From: a bacterium
GTDB taxonomy: Bacteria; Patescibacteriota; Minisyncoccia; Phycocordibacterales; UBA9973
Assembly (NCBI GenBank): GCA_037143195.1
Contig: JBAWZD010000005.1
Coordinates: 1-35,993, forward strand
Direction of reading: 5' to 3'
DNA: 35,993 nt
How positions within the stretch are numbered: position 1 is the stretch's first letter; each line of letters begins with the position of its first letter. Below are positions 7,314-17,153 of this stretch, piece by piece. A program made the position numbers and the translations under genes. A model generated the notes under the pieces. The model had not been told where the DNA came from. It did no database searches and saw only the letters and a program-made list of their open reading frames with translations.

Positions 7314-10313
7314 TTATGTGTACAATAATTTTGCTTTCGTACAATACTCACACTCACGAGATGAGCCGTAGAGCCTGGCTTCGCAGGGTCGTTCGGTCCA
7401 TTTGCCGTCGCGGACGAGGTCGTCATAGTCGATGATATCTTGTTTGAGGCTTCGTATCTCCTCTGCGCCGATTGACGTCGCGTAGACTCCATCTTTCTCG
7501 TTCGGTTTGGTCTCAATGAAAAGCAACTTCGACTCACTCACTGTCGTGCCTCGTTCTGCATTCTCAATGAGATACGTATACATCGCAAGCTGACGCAGGA
7601 GTCCGCTCATGCGTCCCTCCCCATCGCGCTTCTCGATGACGCTCTTTGATTTTGAACTTCCTGTTTTGAAATCACTGACCACGACGATGCGATCATCTTC
7701 ACGTTCCGTCATGTCGATCTTGCCGTAACACGACAGATGCGCTCGCTCTGGATCGCGATAGCTGATAGAGCGTTCACTCTCGGCCGTATCACTAATGTGT
7801 GGCAAATATGTTTTTTCAAAATTGTCCAAAATCTTTTTTGCTTCGCGGAGCGTACGCGTGACAAGCTTCTCGCTGGTAACATATTCGCGCGCCAAACACT
7901 GCGAAAGTACTTCATCCAACTCAGCACGATTGATATCGTCGCGATGTTTCAAAATATATTCAATACCAGTGTGCACGACTGATCCGAGCAACAGACTCTC
8001 GGTCTTTGGTTCTGGAAGCTGCAACAAATTGCGAAAATACCATTTCCATGGACACTCAAAAAAATTGTTCAGGAGCGTGACCGACACATTGAGCTTCGCA
8101 TATTCTTCGGCGACGACCGTCGCAAGCTCGGCTATCGTCGCGCGAGGTTTTTTGTCTGATTGTGTGACGAATAGTTTTGGATCTTCGTCGAGTATGAGTG
8201 CTTCTGTCTCAGCGAGCGTCTTTCGCTCAACAAGTGCGTCGGGTAAATCAGCGAGAATGTGTGCCGGCTCAAGGTCGGCACCAGTGTATGAGTGACGAGA
8301 GAATGACAGCGTGCATGTTTCCTCTGCACGAGTAATCGCCACGTACAACTCGCGCCGAGCAACCATTTCGTTTTTTTGTTCAATCATTGCTTCGACGCGT
8401 GCTGGGAGCGTGAAGCCAAGCCGTTTGCCTTTCATGAGCGACGCCTCGTCGAGATGTGCGACATACACATGCGAAAATTCGAGACCTTTTGATCCGTGCA
8501 GGGTAAGCACACGCACTCCACGATCCGCAGAAAATACGGCCAGCGGAATTTCGTGACCGTATTGTTCGAGACGGTCGAGGTATGCGAGAAATTCTGTGAT
8601 GGTGAGATGTGGATTGCGTTCGAGTTCGGCACTGAGCAAATGAATGAACGTGCGGATGATTTCTACACGCCGAATGAGTACATCGTGATCTGTCGGCGCA
8701 GCGAAAAAGAGTATTTCACCAATCTTCTGTACGAGTCCATGGAGTCCAAGTGACGATGACGTCTCAAGAAAATCGGCCAACTGTCCGCCGAGGCGTGCGA
8801 TCGGGTCGGTGCCGAGGCGCGTAGCGCCGTAGCTTATGACTGTGTCGAGGAAAAGTTTGCGGGTGCCAAATTCACGCAAGAATTTGTGCGCCGTGAGTGG
8901 CGGAATGCCGATTGCAGGATCAAGCAAAAGTCCCGCAAGTGGCACAGGATTGTATGGATCGCTGAGTGCGAGCAACACGCGACGGACAGTAACCGTTTCG
9001 CTTGCCGAGAAAAACGAGACCGTCCCTTGTGCTGATACCGGAATCCCCTGATCGTACAATACACTCACTGCACTTCGGACATGGTGATTTTTGGGAACAA
9101 GAATCGCACATTTTTCTGGGGCAACACCATTCGCAATTTTATTTTTTATATCCCGTGCTGCGAAAATAATTTCATCGCGCGGATATCCGCATTCAAGAAT
9201 CTGAATTTTCTCACCACTTGCCGTCCCCTTTTTGTTTTTTGTAGGGGCACTTTTTTGAGCGACAAGTTTGCCGTCGGCAAGCGTACTCTTGAGCAGAGCA
9301 TCGGCGGTATCGAGAATCACTTGTGTGGAGCGATAGTTGTCGGTCAATGTTATTTCACGTGCAGTACCGAATACCGTGCGAAACTTTGTGAATTGTTCGA
9401 GCGACGCGCCACCGAATCCATAGATGAGCTGACGATCGTCACCCACGACGAAAATATTTGGCTTCTCCGTCCCCGCCCAGACCGCCTCAAGAAACGCGTT
9501 TTGAATACCACTCGAATCTTGGTGCTCATCCACAAGCACATACAAATATGCCTCGTAAATATCTGCCCGCACGTCTTCAGAAATCTGCGCGAGCTTCACT
9601 GCGTACGAAAGCACATCGTCGTAGTCCATGAGACTACGCTCGAGTTTGAGTTTTTCATATTCGGTATAAAATTCGACAACTTCACGCGTACGCTCGAGGC
9701 TTTCGATTTCTTTGACTGACTCCATTTTGAGTTCACCTTTGCGCGCTCCACGTGACGAAATATTGTCCGGATCATTTTTGATTCTATCAATCGCAATTAC
9801 GACTTCGTCGAGGAATTGGTCTGGCGTGAGATTTTCACGTTTGAGGAGAGAGATGAGTGATTTGAGGTCGCTAAAATATCGTGATGCGTCGCCACGCGGA
9901 CGGAGGTATTGCCACTCACGTGCTTCGAGAATTTCGTCGACAAGGGCGACAGCTTCGGTATCAGCGGCCAATTCAGGTTTGCGGGTAAAATCGAGTAAGG
10001 CAAAATGTTTCTCGATCAAGCCAATGGCGAAGCGATGGAAGGTGGCGATGTAGACTTCGCTTGCGGTTGCACCAATGAGACGGAGCAGGCGTTCGCGCAT
10101 CGCGCGAACGCCTGCGTTGGTAAACGTCAAACACAAAATCCCCGAAGCCGGAGTATCCGTCGAATTGAGGATATGAGCGATACGAAGCGAGAGGACCTGC
10201 GTCTTCCCCGTCCCTGGACCAGCCACAACCATAACAGGACCGTCGATAGAATCGACAGCCAATTTCTGGGCGGTATTTAGTTTTTTGTATGCTTCGTCGA
10301 ACATCGTTTGCAT
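7314..10313 (-). CDS. UvrD/PcrA-like SF1 DNA helicase fused to a C-terminal PD-(D/E)XK nuclease (AddA/AdnAB-like)
   Basis: Walker A AGPGTGKT, TFH, LVDEHQD, VVGDDRQLIYGF, NYRS, LTLHGSKGLEF, RRELYVAITRA; nuclease GKID..VSDFKTG..QLAMY; cysteines in CPWK and the terminal C-x10-CxxC. Confidence 0.93.
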   Translation of the reverse strand: MQTMFDEAYKKLNTAQKLAVDSIDGPVMVVAGPGTGKTQVLSLRIAHILNSTDTPASGILCLTFTNAGVRAMRERLLRLIGATASEVYIATFHRFAIGLIEKHFALLDFTRKPELAADTEAVALVDEILEAREWQYLRPRGDASRYFSDLKSLISLLKRENLTPDQFLDEVVIAIDRIKNDPDNISSRGARKGELKMESVKEIESLERTREVVEFYTEYEKLKLERSLMDYDDVLSYAVKLAQISEDVRADIYEAYLYVLVDEHQDSSGIQNAFLEAVWAGTEKPNIFVVGDDRQLIYGFGGASLEQFTKFRTVFGTAREITLTDNYRSTQVILDTADALLKSTLADGKLVAQKSAPTKNKKGTASGEKIQILECGYPRDEIIFAARDIKNKIANGVAPEKCAILVPKNHHVRSAVSVLYDQGIPVSAQGTVSFFSASETVTVRRVLLALSDPYNPVPLAGLLLDPAIGIPPLTAHKFLREFGTRKLFLDTVISYGATRLGTDPIARLGGQLADFLETSSSLGLHGLVQKIGEILFFAAPTDHDVLIRRVEIIRTFIHLLSAELERNPHLTITEFLAYLDRLEQYGHEIPLAVFSADRGVRVLTLHGSKGLEFSHVYVAHLDEASLMKGKRLGFTLPARVEAMIEQKNEMVARRELYVAITRAEETCTLSFSRHSYTGADLEPAHILADLPDALVERKTLAETEALILDEDPKLFVTQSDKKPRATIAELATVVAEEYAKLNVSVTLLNNFFECPWKWYFRNLLQLPEPKTESLLLGSVVHTGIEYILKHRDDINRAELDEVLSQCLAREYVTSEKLVTRTLREAKKILDNFEKTYLPHISDTAESERSISYRDPERAHLSCYGKIDMTEREDDRIVVVSDFKTGSSKSKSVIEKRDGEGRMSGLLRQLAMYTYLIENAERGTTVSESKLLFIETKPNEKDGVYATSIGAEEIRSLKQDIIDYDDLVRDGKWTERPCEARLYGSSRECEYCTKAKLLYT

Positions 10314-10380
10314 AGCGACATTCTACCACAAGCAATCTTATGCCACGGTATCAATCAATCTCGATATACTGTATATAAGA

Positions 10381-11679
10381 TTAGAGCAATTGGTCGCCGA
10401 CTTTGTAGGCTTCTCCTGCACCCATGGTAACAAACACGTCGTTTGTACTATAGCGTGCCTCGATGCAAAACTGCTCAGCTTCTTCAAAGCTTGCAAATGC
10501 TCGTGCTCCGGCAACATTCTTCGCTACCGCTTCGGCAAGAATCTCACTTGAGACGGTTGGGTCAGGAACTTCACGAGCGAAATAAATCGGCAGGAAATAG
10601 ACAGTATCGGCTTGATTGAATGCCGTCGCAAATTCGTTAAAAAATGCTTTGGTACGAGAATACAAATGTGGTTGAAAAATGACAGTGATTTTCTTTTCAC
10701 CTTTTGGGTAGAGTTCGCGAAGGGCTTCAAGACTCGCTCGAATTTCAGTTGGATGATGCGCGTAGTCGTCATACACAATGGCACCATCTTTGGTCGCGCC
10801 ACGCTTCTCGAGACGGCGCCATGTGCCGGCGAAGGTGCTGAGGGCCTCGGCCGCAGCGGCGGCAGGTATCTGAGCGAAGTCCGCGACAGCAAGCGCCGCT
10901 GCGGCATTCTTTCGATTGTGCTCCCCTGGCACGGCAAGCTTCGGCACGCGATCAAAATACTGCGTGTAGTCAATGACTTTCACATTCGTATTTCCTACCA
11001 CAGTCGCCACGACAGGATCGTTCGGGTCACACACAACAGCACTTCCCGTCTGCATCACGAGCTCAGAAAATGCGTTTTGAATATCTGCAAGGTCGCGATA
11101 ATAATCGAGATGATCTGCTTCGATATTTGTAATGACCAAAATCTTCGGTTCGATATTCAAAAACGAACGCTCGTACTCACAGGCTTCAACGATAAAATCT
11201 TCGCCGCCGCCGACAATCAAATTGGATTGAAATCCTTTGAGCAAAGACCCGACGATAACGGACGGATCTTTTTTTGTATCCATAAAAATCTTGGCAATCA
11301 TTGCCGTAGTCGTCGTCTTGCCGTGTGTCCCTGAGACCGCAATCGTATGTTTGTCATTGGTCACAATATGAAGCATTTCTGGATAACTCTTCACCGGGAC
11401 GCCCATCTCAAAAACCGATTCCATGAGTGCTGGATCGTAGTGCTTGATTGCAATCGTGTACACGACCAAATCGACGTCTTTCGGAATCAAATCAAAATTT
11501 TGCCCAATAGAGATATGTGCCCCTTCGTGCACGAGCTCGTTTGTAATTTCACTTGCCGACATATCTGATCCATACACTTCTTTGCCAGCTTGAAGCATCA
11601 TGCGCGCAATCGCAGAAATACCGATACCTCCGATACCGACAAAAAATACTTTTCGAATTGATGCAAGATTGATGTCCAT
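10381..11679 (-). CDS. murC: UDP-N-acetylmuramate--L-alanine ligase
   Basis: FVGIGGIGISAIA, GTHGKTTT, EACEY, NIEADHLDYY, DDYAHHPTEI, FQPHLYSRT. Confidence 0.96.
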   Translation of the reverse strand: MDINLASIRKVFFVGIGGIGISAIARMMLQAGKEVYGSDMSASEITNELVHEGAHISIGQNFDLIPKDVDLVVYTIAIKHYDPALMESVFEMGVPVKSYPEMLHIVTNDKHTIAVSGTHGKTTTTAMIAKIFMDTKKDPSVIVGSLLKGFQSNLIVGGGEDFIVEACEYERSFLNIEPKILVITNIEADHLDYYRDLADIQNAFSELVMQTGSAVVCDPNDPVVATVVGNTNVKVIDYTQYFDRVPKLAVPGEHNRKNAAAALAVADFAQIPAAAAAEALSTFAGTWRRLEKRGATKDGAIVYDDYAHHPTEIRASLEALRELYPKGEKKITVIFQPHLYSRTKAFFNEFATAFNQADTVYFLPIYFAREVPDPTVSSEILAEAVAKNVAGARAFASFEEAEQFCIEARYSTNDVFVTMGAGEAYKVGDQLL

Positions 11680-11680
11680 A

Positions 11681-12988
11681 TTATTTCAAAAGTCTAACAA
11701 GCTTCACAAACTGATCCCCGCGATCGTACTCGTTCACAAACATTCCGAAAGAAGCGAACCCTGGACTAAAAAGCACAACATCGCCCTTTTCGGCAGACCG
11801 ATACGCAGAAGTGAGCCCTTCCTTGAGGGAGCTTGCTCTATAAAAATCTGCCTCAGTAATCCTGTCAGAACCAGTCCCTGCGAGAAGAATGACCGTGTGT
11901 GCGTATGCGCGTGCGGTTTCAAGCAGTGCATCGATTGGAAGTTTTTTGTCTGCTCCACCCATAATAAGGACGGTTTGTTTTTTGGGAAACGACATGAGCG
12001 CAGCGATTGTCGCCTCCGGTGTCGTAGAATTATTGTCATTATAAATTTTGACTCCACGAAGTGTTTTGACAAGCTCAAGTCGTCCACTCACTGCTTTGAA
12101 TGATGCAACGCCGGCACGGATTTTGACGAGTGGAATTTTGAGCGCTCGACACGTAGCAATTGCAAACGCAATATTCTCACGATTGTGCTCTCCGGCAAGC
12201 GGTAGCTTCCATGATTTTGGTACGAGTGCAGAGCTCGCGGGAGCGAGCGTTCCTTTGTATGAACGTGGAATTTTTTTGACTAGACCCTCCCCCACAACGA
12301 GCGTGTCTCCAGACTTTTGATATGCAAAAATTCCTGCCTTGTCTGCGAAATAGCGATCGAGGTCGTTCTTGTAATAATTCATGTGGTCAGGCATGAAATT
12401 TGTAAACACTGAAACTGTCGGAGATATTTTTTGTGAAATAAATCCTTGCAACTGCCAACTCGAAAGTTCGAGTACCACGTAATCTCCCGCTCGTACTTTT
12501 TTCAAAAATGCGAGCGTCGCAACTCCGCGAATGTTTCCGCCGAGGTATACGCGCTTGCCTGCTTTTTTGAGAATATGAAAAATGAGTGACGCAGTCGTCG
12601 TCTTGCCTCGTGTGCCTGTCACACCGATAATCTTCACTCCCTTCGGAGCAAGCGATACGAACAATTCATCGTCCATACGCACCGGAATACCGTGAGCCTC
12701 GGCGTGCGCAATATACTCAGAATCAAGAGGGACACCTTGTGCCTTGATGACCATGTCGCAGTTTTCAAAATCGCTCATCTCGTGTTTACCGAGCACGTAG
12801 CGAATATTTTTGTATTTCTTGAGCACGGCAATTGAAGAAGCGAGCTCTTTCGTGCTCTTTAGATCAGTCACCGTTAGGGACGCTCCACATTCCGCCAAAA
12901 AAGCCGTATCTCCAAGGCCTTTTCCAAGAAGTCCGAGCCCGAGAACGGTTATTTTTTTGCCCTTAAAAAGGGCTCGTGCCGTATCCAT
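11681..12988 (-). CDS. murD: UDP-N-acetylmuramoyl-L-alanine--D-glutamate ligase
   Basis: GVTGTRGKTTT, GGNI, LELSSWQL, DHMNYY, LFSPGFASFGMF.NEYDRG. Confidence 0.95.
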   Translation of the reverse strand: MDTARALFKGKKITVLGLGLLGKGLGDTAFLAECGASLTVTDLKSTKELASSIAVLKKYKNIRYVLGKHEMSDFENCDMVIKAQGVPLDSEYIAHAEAHGIPVRMDDELFVSLAPKGVKIIGVTGTRGKTTTASLIFHILKKAGKRVYLGGNIRGVATLAFLKKVRAGDYVVLELSSWQLQGFISQKISPTVSVFTNFMPDHMNYYKNDLDRYFADKAGIFAYQKSGDTLVVGEGLVKKIPRSYKGTLAPASSALVPKSWKLPLAGEHNRENIAFAIATCRALKIPLVKIRAGVASFKAVSGRLELVKTLRGVKIYNDNNSTTPEATIAALMSFPKKQTVLIMGGADKKLPIDALLETARAYAHTVILLAGTGSDRITEADFYRASSLKEGLTSAYRSAEKGDVVLFSPGFASFGMFVNEYDRGDQFVKLVRLLK

Positions 12989-13014
12989 AGGTGCAGTCTA
13001 GCACAGCTCGACAC

Positions 13015-13815
13015 TTACTTCACGTCTTGACCGAGTGATACTTTTTGAATTCTGACAGCATCGCCAAACCATTCTTTTGCGAATTGTTGAAATCTCTCAC
13101 CAATAAATGTAGCAAAAAATGCTCGTGTGCCTCCACGTGAAAGCTGTTGCTCGATCTCGGGATGACGGTCGAGGTAACCACGTGTTTTTTCTGGTACAAC
13201 CGTGTCTTGAGCGACAATCGCTATCGATGTAGGCATCAATGCGCGAATAGATTTTTTTACGATTGCATAGTGAGTACACCCGAGGAGTAGTGCGTCGATA
13301 TCTGTAAATTGTGCCAGGTAGTCCTTCAAACTTGCATCAACCCCTTCATAATCGCCCGACTCGATAAACGGAACGAGACTCGGAGTTGCAAGTGACGTTA
13401 GTCTCGAAAGCGGAGCGCGTTTTTTAAATTCACGAATATACGCGCCTGAATGTACCGTTGCTGTGGTCGCAATCAAACCGACACGACGGTATTGAGCACA
13501 AGCCTCAGTCATCGGCACAATCATACCCAAAACTTTTTTATCTGGATGACGGGAAGGAAGATATTCACTTTGTACACGCTTCAGCGCTTCAGCGGAAGCA
13601 GTATTACATGCAACGACCACCAACACGCACTCCTTTAAAAAAAGAAAATCGAGCGCCTCAACGAGAAATTGATATATTTCTTCATGGGAACGTGATCCAT
13701 AGGGCAAGCGCTTCATGTCGCCGAGGTAGACATAGTCATACTCGGGAAGAGTCTCCGCGATTGCGCGAAGGGTAAAAAGGCCGCCGAGACCAGAATCGAA
13801 TACGCCTATCTTCAT
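13015..13815 (-). CDS. murI: Glutamate racemase
   Basis: IGVFDSGLGG, PYG, VVACNTAS and LGCTHY catalytic motifs. Confidence 0.97.
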   Translation of the reverse strand: MKIGVFDSGLGGLFTLRAIAETLPEYDYVYLGDMKRLPYGSRSHEEIYQFLVEALDFLFLKECVLVVVACNTASAEALKRVQSEYLPSRHPDKKVLGMIVPMTEACAQYRRVGLIATTATVHSGAYIREFKKRAPLSRLTSLATPSLVPFIESGDYEGVDASLKDYLAQFTDIDALLLGCTHYAIVKKSIRALMPTSIAIVAQDTVVPEKTRGYLDRHPEIEQQLSRGGTRAFFATFIGERFQQFAKEWFGDAVRIQKVSLGQDVK

Positions 13816-13858
13816 AGCCTGAGCATACCTAAATCACACCGAAGTTACAATGGCGCGA

Positions 13859-14539
13859 TTATGGGAAGACGAGAAGCTTTTGGGGCGAGCGCGTGAGCGC
13901 TCGCAAGCCCTTGTGCTCAACGACGTAGGTATCTTCGATACGAATACCGAGCTTCTTTGGGATATAGATACCAGGTTCGATGGTGACGGCCATGCCTTCA
14001 AGAAACACGTCCTCCGTGCGCTTAAAATACATTCGTGGCATTTCATGAATGCGTTTGCCGACTCCATGGCCAAGTGTGTGAATGAAATATTTTTTGTATG
14101 AACCGAGCACTGCACGCGCGGCGGCGTCAGCCGCCGCGCATTTTGCGTTTGGTTTCGCAAGCTTTGCACTCGCCGTTTTTGACTGAAGTACAAGCGCATA
14201 CAACTCACGATCCTTTGATGTAGGAGCCCCGACAAAAATCGTGCGCGTCATATCTGAACAATATCCATTCACGCGAACACCGAAATCAATAATCACAAAC
14301 CCCTCAAGGAGAGCGTGAGTTGATTTTGGATGAATCTCATTTCCTGCGCGAGCGCCACCAGAAACTATCGGAGGAAATGCTTCGCGCAATCCCCTCTTTT
14401 TTATTTCACGTCTGATATGCAGCATGAGTTCGCGCTCCGTCGTAAAACAAAAGAGCGAAATAATGTCTGAAAATATTTCATCAGTAATTCGGCACGCTTC
14501 GGCAATCGAATCTATTTCTGTTTTAGTTTTTACTAACAT
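13859..14539 (-). CDS. M24 family metallopeptidase (Xaa-Pro aminopeptidase-like, catalytic domain only)
   Basis: DFG..GYCSDMTRT, HTLGHGVG..IHEMP, TIEPGIY, GIRIED. Start chosen at ATG 14539 (MLVKTK), preceded by GGGGAGGG. Confidence 0.9.
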   Translation of the reverse strand: MLVKTKTEIDSIAEACRITDEIFSDIISLFCFTTERELMLHIRREIKKRGLREAFPPIVSGGARAGNEIHPKSTHALLEGFVIIDFGVRVNGYCSDMTRTIFVGAPTSKDRELYALVLQSKTASAKLAKPNAKCAAADAAARAVLGSYKKYFIHTLGHGVGKRIHEMPRMYFKRTEDVFLEGMAVTIEPGIYIPKKLGIRIEDTYVVEHKGLRALTRSPQKLLVFP

Positions 14540-14792
14540 CTTTCCCTCCCCAACGCCATGCAGGTTTTTCACCTGTCTTGTAGCAAATGATAATCAAAAA
14601 AATCGTGAGCACAATGAGTTGCGGTACAAATTGTTGCACAAAATCAGAACCAGATGATTCATGATTGTTTACATAGTTACCGCCAGCAAAAATAGCAAAA
14701 ACGTAGAGAAGAATTACTCCCCACCCTTGCCATGTGACTGGATACCAGCCCCAGCCAAAACGTTTTGCACGAAACCAGAGTTTATTTTCCAT
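14523..14792 (-). CDS. Small two-TM hypothetical membrane protein
   Basis: WFRAKRFGWGWYPVTWQGW, two hydrophobic helices, C-terminal KTGEKPAWRWG; tightly packed between neighbours. Confidence 0.85.
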   Translation of the reverse strand: MENKLWFRAKRFGWGWYPVTWQGWGVILLYVFAIFAGGNYVNNHESSGSDFVQQFVPQLIVLTIFLIIICYKTGEKPAWRWGGKDVSKN

Positions 14793-14795
14793 ACA

Positions 14796-15209
14796 TTACC
14801 AAGCACCAAGTACCGCTCCAAACACAAGCATACAAACGAGCTGATATCCGGATTGTACGAGGAATCGTGACCATGCCATTTTGCGAGATTCGTTGGTCCA
14901 CATGCATGAGCCTGCGATCGTTGGGAGAATGAAACCAGCCCATACCCAAAAGGCACTCATCATTCCACCGAGGGCTGTATAGCCCACAAGATGAACGAGA
15001 ATGAACAACTGAAAGAGAGTAAGCAAAAATTGCGCAGTGTAGAGAGGAAGAGTTTTCTTGTTCATCCCCATTTGTTTTCCAGCATGAGCTTTTGTGACCC
15101 CGTTAATATGCATCCACAATTTTCCAAAAAGTGGTCCGTACCAAAGCGCTCCGAAAATCATAGCAAAAACTCCACACACAAGAATCGTCCAAAAATGAAT
15201 ACCTGGCAT
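14796..15209 (-). CDS. DUF1761-like membrane protein
   Basis: GALWYGPLFGKLWM motif with four TM helices. Confidence 0.85.
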   Translation of the reverse strand: MPGIHFWTILVCGVFAMIFGALWYGPLFGKLWMHINGVTKAHAGKQMGMNKKTLPLYTAQFLLTLFQLFILVHLVGYTALGGMMSAFWVWAGFILPTIAGSCMWTNESRKMAWSRFLVQSGYQLVCMLVFGAVLGAW

Positions 15210-15275
15210 AAATATATTACAATTACCTACTAATAGATTCGTCTATTGTACCCTATTTCTCTCCCTTTTTACATG

Positions 15276-15357
15276 TGGGCACGGGGGGACTTGAACCCCC
15301 AAGGATCACTCCATACGCTTCTGAGACGTACGCGTATACCAATTCCGCCACGTGCCC
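15276..15357 (-). tRNA. tRNA-Leu(CAG), no encoded CCA
   Basis: GGGCACG/CGTGCCC acceptor stem, GGCGGAATTGGTATACGC D arm, TACGT-CTCAGAA-GCGTA anticodon arm, long variable arm, GGGGG-TTCAAGT-CCCCC T arm. Confidence 0.95.
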
Positions 15358-15395
15358 GTGACTTCTCGTACGGTACCATATTTGGCGCACGAGCG

Positions 15396-17153
15396 TTAGC
15401 TCGTGCGCTTGCCAGAGAGAAGCATCTCCATGGCATGATCAAACGATCCCGCATCAATAACCTCTCCCCCGTTCACAAAGAAAATATCATCTGCATTTTG
15501 AATTGTATTAAGTCGGTGAGCAATGATGACCTTTGTCGTATCAGCAGGAAGTTTTTGTAAAATTTCTTCAAGCATTTGTTCAGTCACCGTATCAATGTTT
15601 GCTGTCGCCTCGTCGAGAATGAGAATCTCGGGACGGCGAAGCACGGCACGCATGAATGCGATCAATTGTTTTTGTCCAAGGCTGATTGAATCACTCGCGC
15701 CGACTTTGGTATCAAGTCCGCTTTCAAATCGCGCAAGCAATGAATCAAGACCTTCGTCTTTCAACACAGCAAGCAATTGCTCACTTGAGAATGATTCATA
15801 CGCATCATTTCCGTAGATAATATTTTCGGCAACGGTGCCCGTAAAGAGAAATGGCTCCTGTAAAATAAATCCAATTTTCTTCGCACGCTCCGCTTGAGAA
15901 TACGAACGAATATCTCGACCAGCGAGATATATTGTTCCCATTGTCGGATCATACAGTCGAGCCATGAGCGAAGCAGTCGTCGTCTTGCCTCCACCAGTTG
16001 GTCCCACGAGCGCATACGTACTTCCCTTTTGGAGCGTCAAACTCACATCACGCAAAATATCTTTGCCCGTTGAGTATCCAAAAAATACACGCTCAAAAGT
16101 GAGGATACCTGGCGTCGTAATAGATTTGGTATGATCAACAACTTTGATCGTCGTCTCGAAATCAAGCACTTCTGAAATACGATCGAGTGAAGCCATCGCG
16201 AGTTGCATCGTCGCCCAAATCGAAGCAAGCTGGCGAAGTGGTGTGTAGAAATTGTTCACGTAGAGCATGAATCCAATCAGAAGACCGAAGGTAAGATTGC
16301 CACTTGCGATGAGCGCAAATCCATACGCAAGCACAACGATCTGAGCCAAACTCGATGCAACGGCGTAGATTGGCACCAATGTGTTACTTGCGATTCCCGC
16401 TCGAACCGACGACCGATAGTTGCGATCATTCGCTTCGGCAAATTTCGTTCGAAAAAAATCAAGACGGTTGAATGCAACGACAACTTTGAAATTCGCGAGT
16501 GACTCTTGAATTTCTGCACTCATTGCGCCAAGTGATTGTAGACTCTCGGTACTCACACGTTTGACCCACGGAGAAAGCATTTGTGTTATCACAATGACAA
16601 CGAATGCAGGGGCGAGCGTAGCGAGCCCGAGCCGAATGTGGAGTGAGAGCATAAAGATACCCGCGCCAGCCATGATAAAGAAGTTGCCGACAAACTGCAT
16701 CAATGCCTGTGAGAAAAATTGATTGAGTTTGTCTGTATCATTATTGATACGAGAAATAAGATCACCAGACTTGTTTGCATTAAAAAACGCAACAGGAAGT
16801 TCCTGTAATTTATTAAAAATCTTATTGCGGAGATTGAACAGCACACGACGACCAACCCCACCCATGGCCATGGTCTGCCAATATTGCGCCGCAACAGCGA
16901 CACCATAGACTACCAACAAAATTCCTGCATTCACGAGTACTCCATGAAAATTCTTGGCAACAATATAGGTATCGATTGTTTTCGCGATAATCATCGGCGC
17001 GAGGAGGTTCGCAACAGACGTAAGCGCAATAGCAAAGAACGCGACGAAAAGCTGTCGCTTTTCGTCGCGAAGCAACGGCTTCAAACTTCGGAAAGCATCA
17101 CCGAACGTAATCTTCTTCCCCTGTTCATCTTTTGTTCTAAGCTTGTAGTTCAT
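15396..17153 (-). CDS. ABC exporter half-transporter (TMD+NBD), subunit with consensus Walker B and H-loop
   Basis: GPTGGGKTT, degenerate signature [19 protein letters not shown]. Start placed at ATG 17153 (MNYKL), overlapping the partner's stop. Confidence 0.92.
   Translation of the reverse strand: MNYKLRTKDEQGKKITFGDAFRSLKPLLRDEKRQLFVAFFAIALTSVANLLAPMIIAKTIDTYIVAKNFHGVLVNAGILLVVYGVAVAAQYWQTMAMGGVGRRVLFNLRNKIFNKLQELPVAFFNANKSGDLISRINNDTDKLNQFFSQALMQFVGNFFIMAGAGIFMLSLHIRLGLATLAPAFVVIVITQMLSPWVKRVSTESLQSLGAMSAEIQESLANFKVVVAFNRLDFFRTKFAEANDRNYRSSVRAGIASNTLVPIYAVASSLAQIVVLAYGFALIASGNLTFGLLIGFMLYVNNFYTPLRQLASIWATMQLAMASLDRISEVLDFETTIKVVDHTKSITTPGILTFERVFFGYSTGKDILRDVSLTLQKGSTYALVGPTGGGKTTTASLMARLYDPTMGTIYLAGRDIRSYSQAERAKKIGFILQEPFLFTGTVAENIIYGNDAYESFSSEQLLAVLKDEGLDSLLARFESGLDTKVGASDSISLGQKQLIAFMRAVLRRPEILILDEATANIDTVTEQMLEEILQKLPADTTKVIIAHRLNTIQNADDIFFVNGGEVIDAGSFDHAMEMLLSGKRTS

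Noticed and set aside
9081-12320. Long plus-strand ORFs (212, 240, 167 aa) opposite the helicase and mur genes
   Set aside because: Fully antisense to well-conserved genes, with no recognisable motifs.
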